Below are positions 35,210 to 49,851 of a stretch of 64,000 bases of DNA, piece after piece. The stretch is from Octopus bimaculoides. Lineage: Eukaryota. Numbering within the stretch: position 1 is the stretch's first letter; each line of letters starts with the position of its first letter. The notes beneath the pieces were generated by a model that did not search any database, had not been told where the DNA came from, and saw nothing but the letters and a program-made list of their open reading frames with translations. Both the position numbers and the translations under genes were made by a program. The DNA is taken from the NCBI RefSeq assembly GCF_001194135.2, contig NC_068996.1, forward strand, positions 26,459,572 to 26,523,571, written 5' to 3'.

Positions 35210-35594
35210 ACTCTTTTACTCTTTTATTTGTTTCAGTCATTTGACTGCGGCAATGCTGGAGCACCGCCTTTAGTCGAGCAAATCGACCCCGGGACTTATT
35301 CTTTGTAAGCCTAGTACTTATTCTATCGATCTCTTTTGCCTTTTGCCGAACCGCTAAGTGACGGGGGACATAAACACACCAGCATCGGCTGCCAAGCAAT
35401 GCTAGGGGGACAAACACAGACACACAAACACACACACATATACATATATATATACATATACACGACGGGCTTCTTTCAGTTTCCGTCTACCAAATCCACT
35501 CACAAGGCTTTGGTCGGTCCGAGGCTATAGTAGAAGACCCAAGGTGCCACGCAGTGGGACTGAACCCGGAACCATGTGGTTGGTAAGCAAGCTG
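35210..35594 (-). mobile_element. SINE family A, close to consensus, CpGs retained
   Basis: ggttccgggttcagtcccactgcgtggcaccttggg on the minus strand; full tail A. Confidence 0.9.
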
Positions 35595-36036
35595 TATGTG
35601 TATATTTTATATATCACCCGAATTCCTCTTATAGTCACTCTTTGCCCTGCGGTCATAGTCCTCGATAAGGACTTTGATGTTTAAGTTAAAATCATTTGAG
35701 CATTATAATGTGTTTTCTATATTGAACATCTCTAGATTACACACATACACAAATATATTTTGTGTGGGTGGACTGTAGAATCTGTAAGGGCCCTTGTCTG
35801 TGTGTGTTAGTGTATATATATGTAAGTGCGTGTTAGTGTGTGCGATCATGTATGTAAGCACATGTTACTCTGTCTTGTAAATAAAACTTAAAACTGCTGA
35901 AAATCAAACGGCGTTTGAATATTTAAAAACATCGAGAATTTCTAGTAAATTACCGTCAATTTACATTGTAGCAGACAATGTGTAGTGAGAGAACATCAGG
36001 TTAATGTGAAATAGTTCAGTATTTCTCAGTAAGAAT

Positions 36037-36076
<40 letters not shown>

Positions 36077-36625
36077 GCACACATATAGTAGAGAGATACA
36101 CAGAAAGAGAACAGCTGGTGACGATGACGTTTCAATTTCTCTTCTTACGTCTTCCAATCTCCCGCCCACCCCATCCTTTATAAATATATGTTTTTGTGGT
36201 GGAGGGGTGAGAGAAAGAAAGAAAGAGAGACAGAGAGTTGTTAAAGAGGGGATGAATGATTGGAAAGTGTGAGTGGTTTAAATGTATTTAGTTGAGTGTG
36301 AGAAAAAAAAAAAAGGTTTAGATCTGTTCAGCAGGACAAAATTTACTTTCAGAACGTGAAGACGAGTCGAAAAGAAGACAACGGGAGAGATGGTCTGAGT
36401 GACTGACAATCTGGCTGAGAGACAGATCAGCAGGCGGAGAGTGAGGCGAAGCAGGAGAAGAGGAAGCATGGATGATGGTGGGAGAAAATGAAAAAGAGGG
36501 AAGTAAGAATAAAGGGGAAGTGACGAAGGAGGGAGGAGCTACAGGAGATAATAAAAGACAGGGAAGGAAAAATATATAGGGGAATAAACGCTTAATTATC
36601 CAAACTATAGACGCACACAGTCATG

Positions 36626-36657
<32 letters not shown>

Positions 36658-36789
36658 CACATACACATACACACGCGTTTATCAGTGGCTAGTGATTTTC
36701 AACGAATATGTTGAGCAGCAAGCTGATGATATGGAAAGAGTGGAAGAATAGACGAGGTGGGGGGCGGGGAAAGAGAGCGTTACATCAGG

Positions 36790-38610
36790 TAGCTGGAAGA
36801 GAAGCTATGTGACAGGCTTACTTAGCAAGTGGGGAAAACAAAAAGGAAGCGATTTAGTAATGTTAAGGATCAGAGGTGTGAGAGGCTCCAAATTGCAAGA
36901 CAATATTTCCAAGTGAGTAGAGATGTGGGTGAGAAGTGTGTACGGAAGGATAACAGTACACTCGCACGTAATGATTCTGAAATGAAAGAGGTATGGAAAT
37001 GCTACTACGAGAGGCTGTTGAATGTGGAGAATGCATGGGATAATGACGGTCTTTCCAATGTAGACTTGAAAGAGGAACTAGTTGACAGCAGTATGACAGA
37101 CAAAGCTGTTAAGGATATTAAAACAAGAAAAGCCCCCTAGACTATCAGAAATTACTACTGAGATGCTTAAAATATCTGGTAGTGTAAGATTGAGCTTAGT
37201 TAATCAGGTTGCACAGGAAGGTGTTATTCCTAACAACTGGTGTAGCAGCATTATAGTCAGCGGCCATAAGGATAGAGGATATACCTTTGTTAGAAACAGC
37301 TACAGAAGTATCAAATTTCTAGACCATGTAATGGAAGTTATGGGATGAATCCAATTAATTAGAATGACAATTAGGTTAGATGAGAGGCAGTTAGATTTGG
37401 GGCTGGGAGGGAAGTACTTTTGATGCCCTCTTTCTTCTAAGACAAACTGTAGAAGTAGTTCATTAAAAGTCATTGAACTTGGTGTTCATTGACCTGAAGA
37501 AAGCATTCAATAAGATCCCCCTTACTCTGAGATCTTGTGGTTGGTAAGGAAGCTAGGGGTAGATGAATAGCTCATGAAAGCCATGAAAGCTATGTACAGA
37601 GATACTGTCAGTAAGGTGATTGTTAACAAAAAGTATAACGAGTTCAGGGTGAAAGTTGGAGACTTGATTCTCAGTCCCTCATATTTATCATAGCTCTCCA
37701 GGTCATAACAGAAGAGTTTAAGACTAGTTGCTAGAGAACTCCTTTATGCTAATAACCTCATAATTATAGCTTAATCTGCAGTTGAATGGAAAAGAAATTC
37801 CAGATGTGGAAGCAAAAGCTGGAGTCAAAGATCTTTGAAGTAAATTTAGTAAAAACCAAAGATTTAGTAAGCATAAAATTTCTGCTTCCATCAAGGAAAT
37901 GGCCTTGCTCAGTATGCAGAAAAGAAGGTAGGAATTCCCTATTATATACCCAATGCAAACTAAGACCACATAATAGATGTGTGGTAATATCACAGGCAGG
38001 TGAGCAGAGAAAGTAGACTGTGTTTGTGGTAGATGCTCGGAACTAATAAACACTAAGAGCACATGGGAAACAGACTCTCAAATATCCAAGAGGATAATTG
38101 AATTAGTAGTGGAGGTGGACTTCTGAAAGCCTTGTAGCTAATAAGAACAAGCTACAGAAAAGTTCTTAGAGATTTTACCTGCTGTAATAAAACATTTGTT
38201 TCCAGAGTGAAAGATAGATTGTATTATGATTGTTGATAGACTGCAATGCCACATGATAGTGGCACATGGGCTCTGAATGTAGAGGTCTTGCAGATACAAG
38301 AAAAACAAATTAAGCTAGTATGCTCCATTGGATGTACAATGTAAGTGTACATGAACAGCAAAGTACAACTGTGTTGAGAGAAAAAATGGACATAAGAGGA
38401 ATTGGATGTAGTGTGCAAGAAAGGAGAGATATGGACACACCCTGTAAATGTATGAGAATGGCTGCATAAAGAAGTGCAAACTATTTAAAGTGAATGGAAC
38501 TTGTTGAAGAGGGAGACTCGGGAAGACAAGGGACAAAGTTTTGAAGACTTCTCTCAAAATGTTAAGCCTCACAGGATTAGGATGACTGCAGGTAAGTGAT
38601 GCTGGAGAAG
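36790..38610 (+). mobile_element. RTE-clade LINE, decayed RT-containing ORF
   Basis: KEVWKCYYERLLNVENAWD; KAVKDIKTRKAP; YRSIKFL; VFIDLKKAF; ELLYANNL; CSVCRKEGRNSLLYTQCKL zinc finger; RGRLGKT C-terminus; many stops and frameshifts. Confidence 0.92.
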
Positions 38611-39253
38611 ACCAGCCCATTTCAGCGAAACTGAGATTCTGAAAACACAATGTGTGTGTGTATATCGACATCAACATCATTGTCTCTTTAAACATCCCCT
38701 TTTGCATACATGCATGGGTTGGATGGAATTTGTTGAGGCAGATTTTCTATGGTTGGATGCTTTTCCTGATACCAACCTTCATCTGTTTCCAGGCAATGTG
38801 ATATTTTCCCATGTGTTTCCTTGGAAGACAGGAAACAAATAATACCTCTGGCCTGATAGGGACTTTTCTTTACTACTACCATACAATATCAGGTGCATGT
38901 GCATGCGTGTGCACACATACGCACACACACACACACACACACGCACAAAGGTATTGATATAAATTAGTCCTTTCCAGTGAGTTATCAAAACACTTTTAGC
39001 AAGAACCCAACCATAATTTGAAACTAAAAGTAAACCATGTTTCATTCACACCCCACTGCAATATTCAGAATTGTTCCTATAACTGAAAGAAAACAAATGC
39101 CCATTGAAGTAAAAAAATAGACAACTCCACACCTTAGTAAAAATAGTTGATGCTAAGATGTCTTCTTGGGCTTAAAGAGAGAGAGAGAGAGAAAGAGATA
39201 AAGAGAGAGATAATGATATTCTCTGAACCCTGACCTGCTTAGACATTAATAAT

Positions 39254-39483
39254 TTAACCATTCCGATACCAACCCGGCTGAAACCACCTCTGGCTCTGTA
39301 GTACAAATATTTTGTTTTCAAAAGTTTCGAATTAAAATCTTCCACCAAACCTTAGTCACAATTTATGTTCCTAACAGTAGCTGAATGATAACTAAGTTAT
39401 TTTACTAATTTCCTTGTTGTATTTAAAATTAATTGAAAGAAACACAGAGTATCTCAACAGAAATATGGTAACAAAAAGGTTAA
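39254..39483. mobile_element. piggyBac-type MITE (TTAA-bounded)
   Basis: ttaaccattccgatacc ... ggtaacaaaaaggttaa; related partial copy at ~44770-44940. Confidence 0.6.
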
Positions 39484-40429
39484 AATATAACCTTAGTGAA
39501 CCCATAGGTTTTTCCATGAGATATGGAAAATGACTTTAGAGCTTCGATGATGCAATTTATTCCATCCAACTGACACAGCTCAGAAAAATTGTTAGAGTAA
39601 CAGGGTGTAAAGTACAGAGAACAACTAACCAAGAAATCTTCTCTCTTTGTACTTAGTTTTTTTTTTCTTGTATCTTTTACTATCCCACTCAAGCTAAAAT
39701 AGTCACAGAACTATTGGTATTTTTACTAATTTTTCTTTCTCTCCACACACAATTATGGAAGCATACATCTGCTCTCTCTTGTGAGTGTTTTTTTTTACCA
39801 TTTGTTATTCATATACACATGTTGTAAACATGAACTTTGAGATTCAGTGACAAAGCAATTTCTATTTCATTGCCTTATGAAGGGACAATTCGATGCATCA
39901 TATTTCATTGGTGACATGAGCTACATTCTTCTTGCTATGTATATTTGACTATCTAAAGTAGTCCTGGAGTTATTGCGTCCTAGTTTTAATATGAAGGCAA
40001 AAGAAAAAAAAACATTTCTTTTTCCTTTACTTTTTTTCTTTTTACTTGTTTTCATCATTGGACTGCAGCCATACAGGGGAATGACCATGAAAGGTTTAGT
40101 CATACAAACCAACCCCAGTGTGAGTTATGGGATGTAATCGAACCATCACTAGTTGTCAAGTGGTGGTGGGAAACAAACATAATGAAGTCATGACACACAC
40201 TTACACATACAAACATAGATTTATGTGTGTGTGTGTGTGTGNNNNNNNNNNNNNNNNNNNNNNNNNNNNNNNNNNNNNNNNNNNNNNNNNNNNNNNNNNN
40301 NNNNNNNNNNNNNNNNNNNNNNNNNNNNNNNNNNNNNNNNNNNNNNNNNNNNNNNNNNNNNNNNNNNNNNNNNNNNNNNNNNNNNNNNNNNNNNNNNNNN
40401 NNNNNNNNNNNNNNNNNNNNNNNNNNNNG

Positions 40430-41490
40430 TGTTTTTTACGTGCCACCTGCACAGAAGCCAGTCCAGCAGCACTGGCAACGACCTCGCTCAAATGCTTTTT
40501 CATGCGCCACTGGGACATGTGCCAGTAAGGCGATGCTGGTAACGATCACACTCAAGTGGTACTATTTACATGCCACTGGCACGGAAGCCAGACAGCTGCT
40601 CTGGCAATGGTCACGCACGGACGGTGCTGTTAGCGCTCCACTGGCACAGGTGCCAGTCATTGAATTTGGTTCAATTATGATTTCAGTTTCGATTTCACTC
40701 GCCCCAACAGGTCTTCACAAGCAGAGTTTAGTGTCCAATGAAGGAGAGGTTGGCATGGGTGTCAGTCGTCGAATTTGGTTCGATTTCGATTTCATTTGCC
40801 TCAACAGGTCTTCGCAAGCAGAGTTTAGTGTCCAATGAAGGAGAGGTACGAATAAATGGACTGGCTACACCCTTGGCAGAGGCGTCATACAGTCTGCCTT
40901 TTACTCTGAGCGAGAGGCCCTTTGTCACCAGCAGAGGTAAGAGCTCTCTGAACTTTGCTATTCTTATTCTAGCAGCTACACTTTCAGCGCACCCTCCTGC
41001 GCTACTGACTTGGTCACCTTGGTAACAGAAGCCAATTCTAGTTTTTCTCCCTGGAATGTGACGGAAGTTGTTTTCTGCACATTTTCAGTGTTTATTGCTC
41101 CTGAACATCTGCCACGTACAAAAACTAACTTCCTAGTTAGCCTTCCTTTGATATTGCTGCACCTCTTATGTGTCCATAGCTTACACTGGATACATCTTAT
41201 AGAGTTTCTACCTACGCCTTTTCTACAGATCGAGCAGGGCCATCTACCTGAAGTGGTTTGTGTTTTCTCTACCTTTCTACTTATTAGGATTTTGGTTTTA
41301 GCTAGGTTTTTAGTCCTTGCTTCCACACCTGAAACTTCTCCTCTAGTTCTGATAGTGACTCAGCAATTATTGCAAGGTCATCAGCATAGAGGAGCTCCCA
41401 GGGGCATCCTGTCTTGAATTCCCATGTTATTGCCTGGAGGACTATGATAAATAGGAGGGGGCTGAGGACTGAACCTTGGTGGACCCCTAC
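40430..41490 (-). mobile_element. RTE LINE fragment (RT motif to zinc finger) with 3' UTR containing a ~93-bp tandem duplication
   Basis: ELLYADDL-like region; WPCSICRKGVGRNSIRCIQCKLWTHKRC; same family as 36790-38610. Confidence 0.85.
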
Positions 41491-41944
41491 CTCTACTCGG
41501 AATTATATATCTATGTATAAGAATAATATAACACAGGATGGAAGATACCAGGCTTTAATAGTGAATCACAACATTTGTTACTGCACTGGACACCAGCTTT
41601 AAGTTGTTGAATTAATATTTATATACCAACTGGTGCAGAACCAAGCTCTTAAATGCACGTTACGAGATTTTTACCCAAATTCTACTAAATACACACACAC
41701 ACACACACACACATACATGATGGGCTTCTTTCAGTTTCTGTCTACCAAATCCACCCACTAAACATTGGTTAGCCCAGGCCATAATAGAAAACACTTATCC
41801 AAGGTGGTGTGCAGTGGGACTGAGCCTCAAACCACATGGTTTGGAAGAAAGCTTGTTATCACACAGCCACATCTGTACAATTGTAATGTATATTCCTTAT
41901 TTCACTTTACTTTGGTTTTGATTACTTGAGAATATTGTTGATTT

Positions 41945-43799
41945 AGTCTTACAATGCCAAAAAGAGTATGATACATTTATGAAAGAACTCAAGAAGGATT
42001 TCCCTTTTCTTCATGAAAAGAAGACTGCTTTGTGTGGCTGGGATAAATGCAATTAATGTTTTGCAGAAGTCTATATGTTGAATGGAGCTTGACTGGATAT
42101 TAAAGATGATTTAAAATCTCTAAATTATCATGAATAGAATTAGATTACAGCTAAAGAAGCCACTTCTACTTTTCGTAGTTTCTCATGACTTGAGATACAA
42201 GACATCTGGCTGGTTTGTTAGAATTAGTCTCTAAACTTTTTGAGCCAAAGTTTTGACTCACACAAAATGTGAAGCCATAATTTTAATTGTAATTGCACCA
42301 ATAGCTAAAGACCAAGCAAAAACAAGTTTTGTGAAAATTTCTATGAATGAATTGAATTGAATAGATGGCAAAATGATACCTTTCACTGTTCAATGCTATA
42401 TTCCTGGCCCGGGGGAGAGTATACAAGTAAAATTTTTGGATATGCACATTGTTTCAGCTGAACTGACTGAGATCTTTTTTAATGCCTTCATCTTAGTTAT
42501 TGACAACCATGAGTAGCTGGAAAAACTCACTGCCTTTTGCAGAGACAATTACAGCCTAAGTTTTGGTGGTGTTTAATGAAAAGACAAGAACAACATATTT
42601 AGCCGATTAAAAACCAGACTTGAAAGAGATCTTGTTGGCATTGTCTGTGTTGCACACATTGTGCACAACTATCTCCAAACAGTTGTTGATCTATTATGAT
42701 ACTGAAGCAGTTTCTGTGAAAATTTTCAAATATTTTCACATATAAATAGTTCATGTAACACAGCTAAAAGAATTTTGGGACTTTGCCAAAGTGGAATACT
42801 AAAATCTATTACAACATAATAATACCAGATTTTTGTCAATGCTACCAGCAGTTGAAAGAATTCTTTATATTTTGCTGGCTTGAAATCTTATTTTGTTCCC
42901 AAGAACAGTGTCCAAGACTGATAGCACAATTCTTTGAAACTGATTTTTGAGAAATATATTTCTGGTTTGTACATGAACAGTTTAGCTTTTTCAACAAATT
43001 GATTCTGGTCAGACAGAAGGACAATACCAATGCAGCAAATATCAAACTAGAAATAGAAAGCCTGGTTACATATACTGAACATAGAAAACTCAAAGAAAAT
43101 GTTAAAGGCATTGAAAAGTTAAGATATAGTTTAAAAGATTTTATGAAAGATATCTCTCAAATGTAGATACATATAAAGAGAACTTTGAACAACCAGAGAA
43201 TTTTATGTGGATAGATTCCAAAGACATTGTATTGAGAAGTCTGCAGACTTCAGATCAACCAAAGGATTGGGAAGCAAGTAATAAATATTGATCAACTTAT
43301 TAGATTGCAATGATGCTGTGGGGCTTCGAAAAGAGAAATTTGAGCAGCACAAAACTTTAAGTATCATAAGGACAGCTGCATAAAGAAGTGTTGATCTCTA
43401 ATGGTAGAAGGAACCTGTGGAAGAGGTAAACCCAAAAAGATGTGGGACAAAGTGGTGAAATGTAATCTTTGGATGTTGAGTCTCACACAGGCGATGACAA
43501 ATGACCAGGATTCCTGGTGAATTGCTGTGCTTGAGAAGACATGTCAAGTTAAGTGAAACCATGGTGTTGTGGCCAGTGCCAGTGACACATTAAAGGCACC
43601 TGTGCTAGTGACACACAAAAGGCACTCATACTGGTGGCACATAAAAAGCACCCAGTACACTCTTGGGAGTGGTTGACATTAGGAAGGGCATCCAGCCATA
43701 AAAACCAAGCCAAAACAGACTGGAGCCTGATGCAGCTCTCCAACTTAACATCTCCAGCTAAACCATATAACCCATGCCAGTATGAAAAACAGACATTAA

Positions 43800-43846
<47 letters not shown>

Positions 43847-43905
43847 GGTGGTGGTGGTAGTGGTGGTGGTGGTGGTGGTGGTGCTGATGATGATGATGGT
43901 GATGG

Positions 43906-43945
<40 letters not shown>

Positions 43946-44215
43946 GGAGAAGAAAAGTGGTAAAATTTGATTACTTGTCATGAAGAAATACACAAATTGG
44001 TAAAGAATACTTTGTCTTCCATCAGTAAAATAAATGCTTTCAACAATAAATAATGAATGATCAAAAGAAAAGAAGAGTATGGTAGAAACTGCAGTCAGGA
44101 GTCTTCTGATGGGTAAAACAAACATCCTGCAAAGCTGCTACAAAAATTTTGATAAAATTAAAAATGACAATGGATTTCTTAAGAAAAGAAGTTTCAAGTG
44201 AAAAATATGAAAGTA
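41945..44215 (+). mobile_element. hAT-superfamily transposase remnant, interrupted by an RTE 3' end and microsatellite (43375-43960)
   Basis: Frames give AFCRDN, GIVCVAHIVHN (C..H), TRFLSMLPAVERIL and C-terminal VETAVRSLLM-like dimerisation region. Confidence 0.7.
43375..43830 (+). mobile_element. RTE LINE 3' end (ORF C-terminus continuous with the family C UTR)
   Basis: CIKKC..LMVEGTCGRGKPKKMWDKVV, then the family C tail and (GAT)n. Confidence 0.85.
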
Positions 44216-44367
44216 CTGGTGATCAATTGAATAAAATGTTATTTGACAATAAAAACGTGTTCACTTCAATTTATTTTTAATACCTGTTCCACCTGACAAT
44301 ATTTACATATATTTGTGCTGTCAAGTAAAGCATAGCTATTTTACATCTGTTTTTCTTCTCACTCTCC

Positions 44368-44520
<153 letters not shown>

Positions 44521-46944
44521 TCTTTCTCTTCTGAATTTTAAAGACAAATTGTCCATCTTGTCTGCTCACACATATCATTTCAGAACTTGCCAGGAACTGG
44601 CTTATATAAAAAGAAAATATGTAATTGGTCCAGCTTTCAAAACTGAAAAGTATGGAAAGATAATATATAAATGTGTGCATGTGTCTATGTGTATGCGTAG
44701 GAAAGGAGAGTGAGAGATAATTGTAAAATGTGTTTGTAAGTAGATACGTTCACAGTAATACCCTAGAGTAAATGCTTTAAAGTGATTTAAATTAAAACCT
44801 TCCATCAAAATTTATTAATCTGTGTTCCAAACAGCAGCTTAGTAATGACAGTTATTTTACTAAATTCTTAATTATTTTCAAAGTTAATTGAAACATAGGC
44901 AATTCATTTCAACAGGAATATGGCAACAAAAGCGTTAAAATTTACTGTGTGATTTCCACTTTGCTGTTATGTATTCCCCAGAACACATGGTCTGGCTGTT
45001 GGAAAGAATACCTATATTACTGTACTATCTGTGTGTATGTGTGCATGCACGTGAGTGCACGCATGTGTGTATGTGTGCATGTGCACACACACATGCATGT
45101 AAGTATACATATTAGACATATAAAGAAACCAAGACCTTTAGTTTAATTTTTTTTTATCAATTTTGTTTTTTTAGTTTTTAATGTTTTTGTATAGGTTCAT
45201 TGCTGTCTGTTTAGAACTGTAATACTATGGCACAAATGCTTGAATAAGCATTGGAAAGATAATACATTTGGATTAAAACAGACAAATGACTGCTACTACA
45301 AGAAAACAACAAACTAAGGAAGGAACAGCCAGAAATTAGGCAAAACAGAAATCAGTTGCACCATTCTACAACCTGAGCAGAAGCCGAGCAAGAACATTGA
45401 GAAATATAAATTGGCTGTGACCTGTAAAAGCACCAGGTCTGTGTTGCTCAGGAATAAATATTAAGCTCCCTATAATACAATCTTGAAGTTTTTATGCATT
45501 CGCTCTTTCAGGAAATTCAAGAAGTACCTCAGTACAAAAGCTGCCTTCAAAAATACAACTGAGCATTTCAAATAACAATGTTTGGATGTGATGAGAATCT
45601 GAGAGACATTCAATTTTCTACAACTTATAAAATTCATAGGCTTTGTAACCATTTAATGGATACTCTCTACACTGACTAAAGAGTATCACAATTTTGTACA
45701 GGTTTACTTCATGGGCAGCAATTAAACAAGATGTACAGCAAAGATGCACCAATGTGTATAGCAGATTGGGTTGGACAATGACATAATATTAGTTTGAAGA
45801 AAAGAAAAATAAAAGTTACGTTTCAATCATCATCATCATTATCATCATCGTTTAACGTCCACCTTCCATGCTATCACGGGTGGGACAGTTTCACATGAGC
45901 CAGCCAGGCAGAAGCCTGCACCAGACTTCTGTGACTGTTTTGGAAGGATTTTTACAGCTGGATCCCCTTCCTAACACCAACCACTCAGCAGAGTGGACTT
46001 AGTGCTTTTTATGTAGCACAAGCACAGGCAGGGTCAGTTTTGGCAAGGTTTTTACAGCTGGATACCCTTCCAAATGTCAACCATTTTACAATGTGGACTG
46101 GGTACTTTTAAGTAGCACCTGCACTGACAGGCTAACCAAGTACACTTGCAAGACAAAAAAGAAAAAACTTTCAAAGGAGAGGAGGTATTGGAGGAGGTGA
46201 TCTTGTGTTGGATGATGAAAAGGTTATATTGAGACAGATACAGGTGTCTTGCTATAAAGGAAGTACAAGATTACCTGGCCGGAGAGAGAAAGGTCAGGAA
46301 TGAAGACAGAAAGAGGTGTGCTACTGCAAAGGAAATATATGGTTACTCAACCTGAGGGAAGTGCAGGAGAAGGAGAGAGAGAGAGAGAGAGAGTAGGAGA
46401 CAGCAGGATAGAGATGGTGGCAAAATGACGGGCATATTCACAAGGAACAGGGATCAGAATATAAATAATGAAGCTACCAAGTTTGAGGGGAAGGGCAAGT
46501 TGATTACGTTGACTCCAGTATTTGATTGGTATTTTATTTTAATAACTTCAAAAGGATGAAAGGCAAAGTTAACCTTGATGTAATTTGAATCAAGAATATA
46601 AAAAGCTGGAAGAAATTCTTCTAAGCATTTTGTTCAATGTGCTAATGATTCTGGAAACTCACTGCCTCAATAATAGTAATAATCCTTTCTAATATAGGTA
46701 CAACTCCTGGAATTTAGGTTGAGAGTGATTGTCAATTACACTGACCCCCAGTACTCAACTATTTTATTGACCCTGAAAGGATGAAAGCAAAGTCAATCTC
46801 AGTGAATTTGAACTTAGAACATGAATATGGACAAAATGCAGCTAACTGTTTTGTCCAGCATGCTAACAATTCTGTCAGCTGACTATTTTGATAATAATAA
46901 TCAATAATATAAAAATATACTAATTTTTTTTGCTCCTGTACGTC

Positions 46945-47705
46945 CCTGTGGTGTGTGTCACACTGACTTCAAAGTATTAAAATCTGACAGGGTACTAACT
47001 ACAGAAATGAAAACAGAAATTGAGAAGGAGTACATCAGAAGGATGCGGAAGCTAATGAAGTCAAAACTAAATGGCCCAAATCTAGTGAAAGTTGTAAATA
47101 CTTGGGTAGTATCATTACTTAGATACTCAGCAGCTTTTGTAGATTGGACAAAAACTGAATTAGCAAAGCTGGGCAGAAGAACTAGGAAGGAATTCAATAT
47201 GAATGGAGGGCTTTACCCAAGGGAGTAGCAAGATTATACCTACCTAGAAAGGAAGGCGGAAGAGGGTTAATATCAGTAGCAGACTGAGTTAGCTAGAGTA
47301 GATATAGAGTAGATATATGTAGGAAATAGTGAAGAAAGTTTATTAAAAGGTGCTAGAGTCACAAGACAGGGAAACCAAAAACCCAAACGAACTTAAAAAC
47401 CAGAAAGAAGAACAGAAATTACCTGACTGGTGGGAGAAGGCATTGCATGGTAGATTCCCAAAGATAGTTGCAGCATATAGTAGTGATGCATGGTTATGGT
47501 TGCAGAAAGGAAAGCTGAAGAGGGAGACGGAAAGTTTGTTAGTAGCTACACAACATCAAGCAATAAGGACTAATTGAATAAAAACCAAAATACACAAAAA
47601 CCAAGTAGATTCCCAATGTAGATTATGCAAATCAAAAGAGAAAAGTCTTACACACATAGTAAGTGAACATAGCACGCTGGCACAGAAAGAATTCAAGAAA
47701 AGACA
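46945..47705 (+). mobile_element. R4/Dong-like LINE fragment
   Basis: KEYIRRMRKLMKSKLNGPNLVKVVNTWVVSLLRYS; RLYLPRKEGGRGL; KALHGRF; WLQKGKLKRETESLLVATQHQAIRTN; CRLCKSKEKSLTHIVS. Confidence 0.88.
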
Positions 47706-47931
47706 ATAATAATAATAATAATAATCATGATTTAAAATTTTTGCCATAAGGGCAGCTTGTGGGACAGGATTACATCAATCTCCAATGTGAAACTGGTACT
47801 TATTTAATTAACCCCGAAAAGATGAAAGGCAAAGTCAACCTCAGCGGAATTTGAACTCAGGATGTAGTGGCAGATGAAATACCAGTAAGCATATCACCTG
47901 ACATGCTAATGATTCTGCCAGCTCACCGCCT

Positions 47932-47976
<45 letters not shown>

Positions 47977-48191
47977 TCAAATTTTCGCACAAGGCCAGCA
48001 ATTTCGTGAAGGGTGTAAGTCAATTACATTGAACACAGTACTCAACTGGTATTTATTTCATCAACCATGGAAGGTAAAGTCGACCTCAGTGGAATTTGAA
48101 GTCAGAATAATGATGATGATGATGAATGTAAAGACAGATGAAATGCTGCTAAGCATTTTGCCCAGCTAATGATTCTTCCAGCTCACTGTCT

Positions 48192-48232
<41 letters not shown>

Positions 48233-48269
48233 GTGATGATAAGTGGACATTTGTAGCAAATATTTAATT

Positions 48270-49815
48270 TTCTGCCTTTTAATATGGAATGATCAAAAGG
48301 ATATCAACTCTATCAAGAGCAGATTGACCCAGGACAAGAAATCGATTGATCAATCCATTGCAAAGATTTTAATACCTATCATTTCATTGCACAAGAACAA
48401 TTTAATCAACAGTGCTCTGATATACAATGAAGTAATCAGCCATTTTGATGGTGGAGATATATACTAAAACTGAGACAGAAAATTGGGGTTTTATTCAAAG
48501 AAATTGAAAGTAAGTTAAGAATAGAGGACTTTGTTCAAAATTCAATGGCCTACATCACAAAGTTCTTCAAGATTATATTCACATGAAGTTCTAAATGAAA
48601 AGAAATTTCAGATGAACTTTTCTGACATTAATACCCAAAAATTCAGCATGATGTCATGAGAAGTGAAAAAAACTCTTCTGTATTTTAAAAGAAGAAATAA
48701 TTTTGTTGATTTTAGTGTTTGGATGATCGTTATTGAATGAGAAAAAAGAGGACTTCTTCCTTCTCACATACTGACCATGTGCAAGAAGACAATAAGGCAG
48801 ACGATGTTAAGAAAATTTCAAGAGAGTTGCTTTATAAAGCTAATGGGATCCAAAAATCTTTAATTTTCCAGTACTCAACTCTTCTATGGTCCAGATCAAA
48901 TCATAAGTTTTGTCACATCTTGCATGCCAGATCAAAAATGTAACAAACAATATTCTAGAGGTTTTGAAAGGGAAACTCAGAGCAACATAGATACCATCTT
49001 TACTGTAAGCATTTCGTATGAGATAAAGGGTAAGAGTAAAACGACCCTTTAGTCATAAATGACCATGGGATTGCATTAGAAAGTTACCCTCTGAGGCAGA
49101 AGTCTGGGTAAGGTTGTTTATGGAAGATCAGCAGTCGCCCATGCATACCAGCCTCTCCTCTTCACACCACCAATGCTATCCATGGAAAAGGCAAAAGCCA
49201 ATACAGTGTGGCACCAGTGATGTTGCAACTCAAAGAACACAACACACAGCCTTGTCCAGGAATCAAACTCACTTTTTTCCCATAAGATAGAGACAAAAAA
49301 CAACCATAACAATTCGAGGTGAGAGGCTTACTTTGAACAATCCAACACTTCTGGATAGAAAGAACTATATACTCCATGTTTAAGCTATCCCTCATCTTCA
49401 AATGGCATGAACAACCTCATTTGAAGACAATATCCTGCAAAAGACGAGAATTTGCATTGAAATTAGTACAAACCACACATGGGCAGCTGAATGACGTGTT
49501 AGGCAATACAGAATTTGAAGACCAAAGAGTGATTGTGGTTCTTAGTGGTGGGTTCAGATAATCTTTGCTAATAATTTTTGAGAGACCCAATCTGATTGGA
49601 TTGGTATCTATCAAAAAAGTATCTTATTTCTAGTTCTATGTTCAACAGCTCAGCCTCAGTAACAACATGCAAGGTACAGGCATGGCTGTGTAGTTAAGAA
49701 TTTTGCTTCTCAACTACATGTTTCTGGGTTCAGTCCCAATATGTGACATCTTGGGTAATAGTTTTTCTACTAAACCTTGTGAAGGGATTTGGTAGGCAGA
49801 AACTGAAAGAAGCTT

Positions 49816-49851
<36 letters not shown>

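Noticed and set aside
36351-36410. Possible plus-strand terminal exon (REDESKRRQRERWSE-stop)
   Set aside because: Too short and purine-biased to distinguish from chance; no homology recognised.
332-40838. Long ORFs containing X runs (for example 11894-12844, 26418-27632, 33575-34645)
   Set aside because: They are open only because they cross N gaps. Only the PLE-derived flank at 27062-28133 is protein-like.
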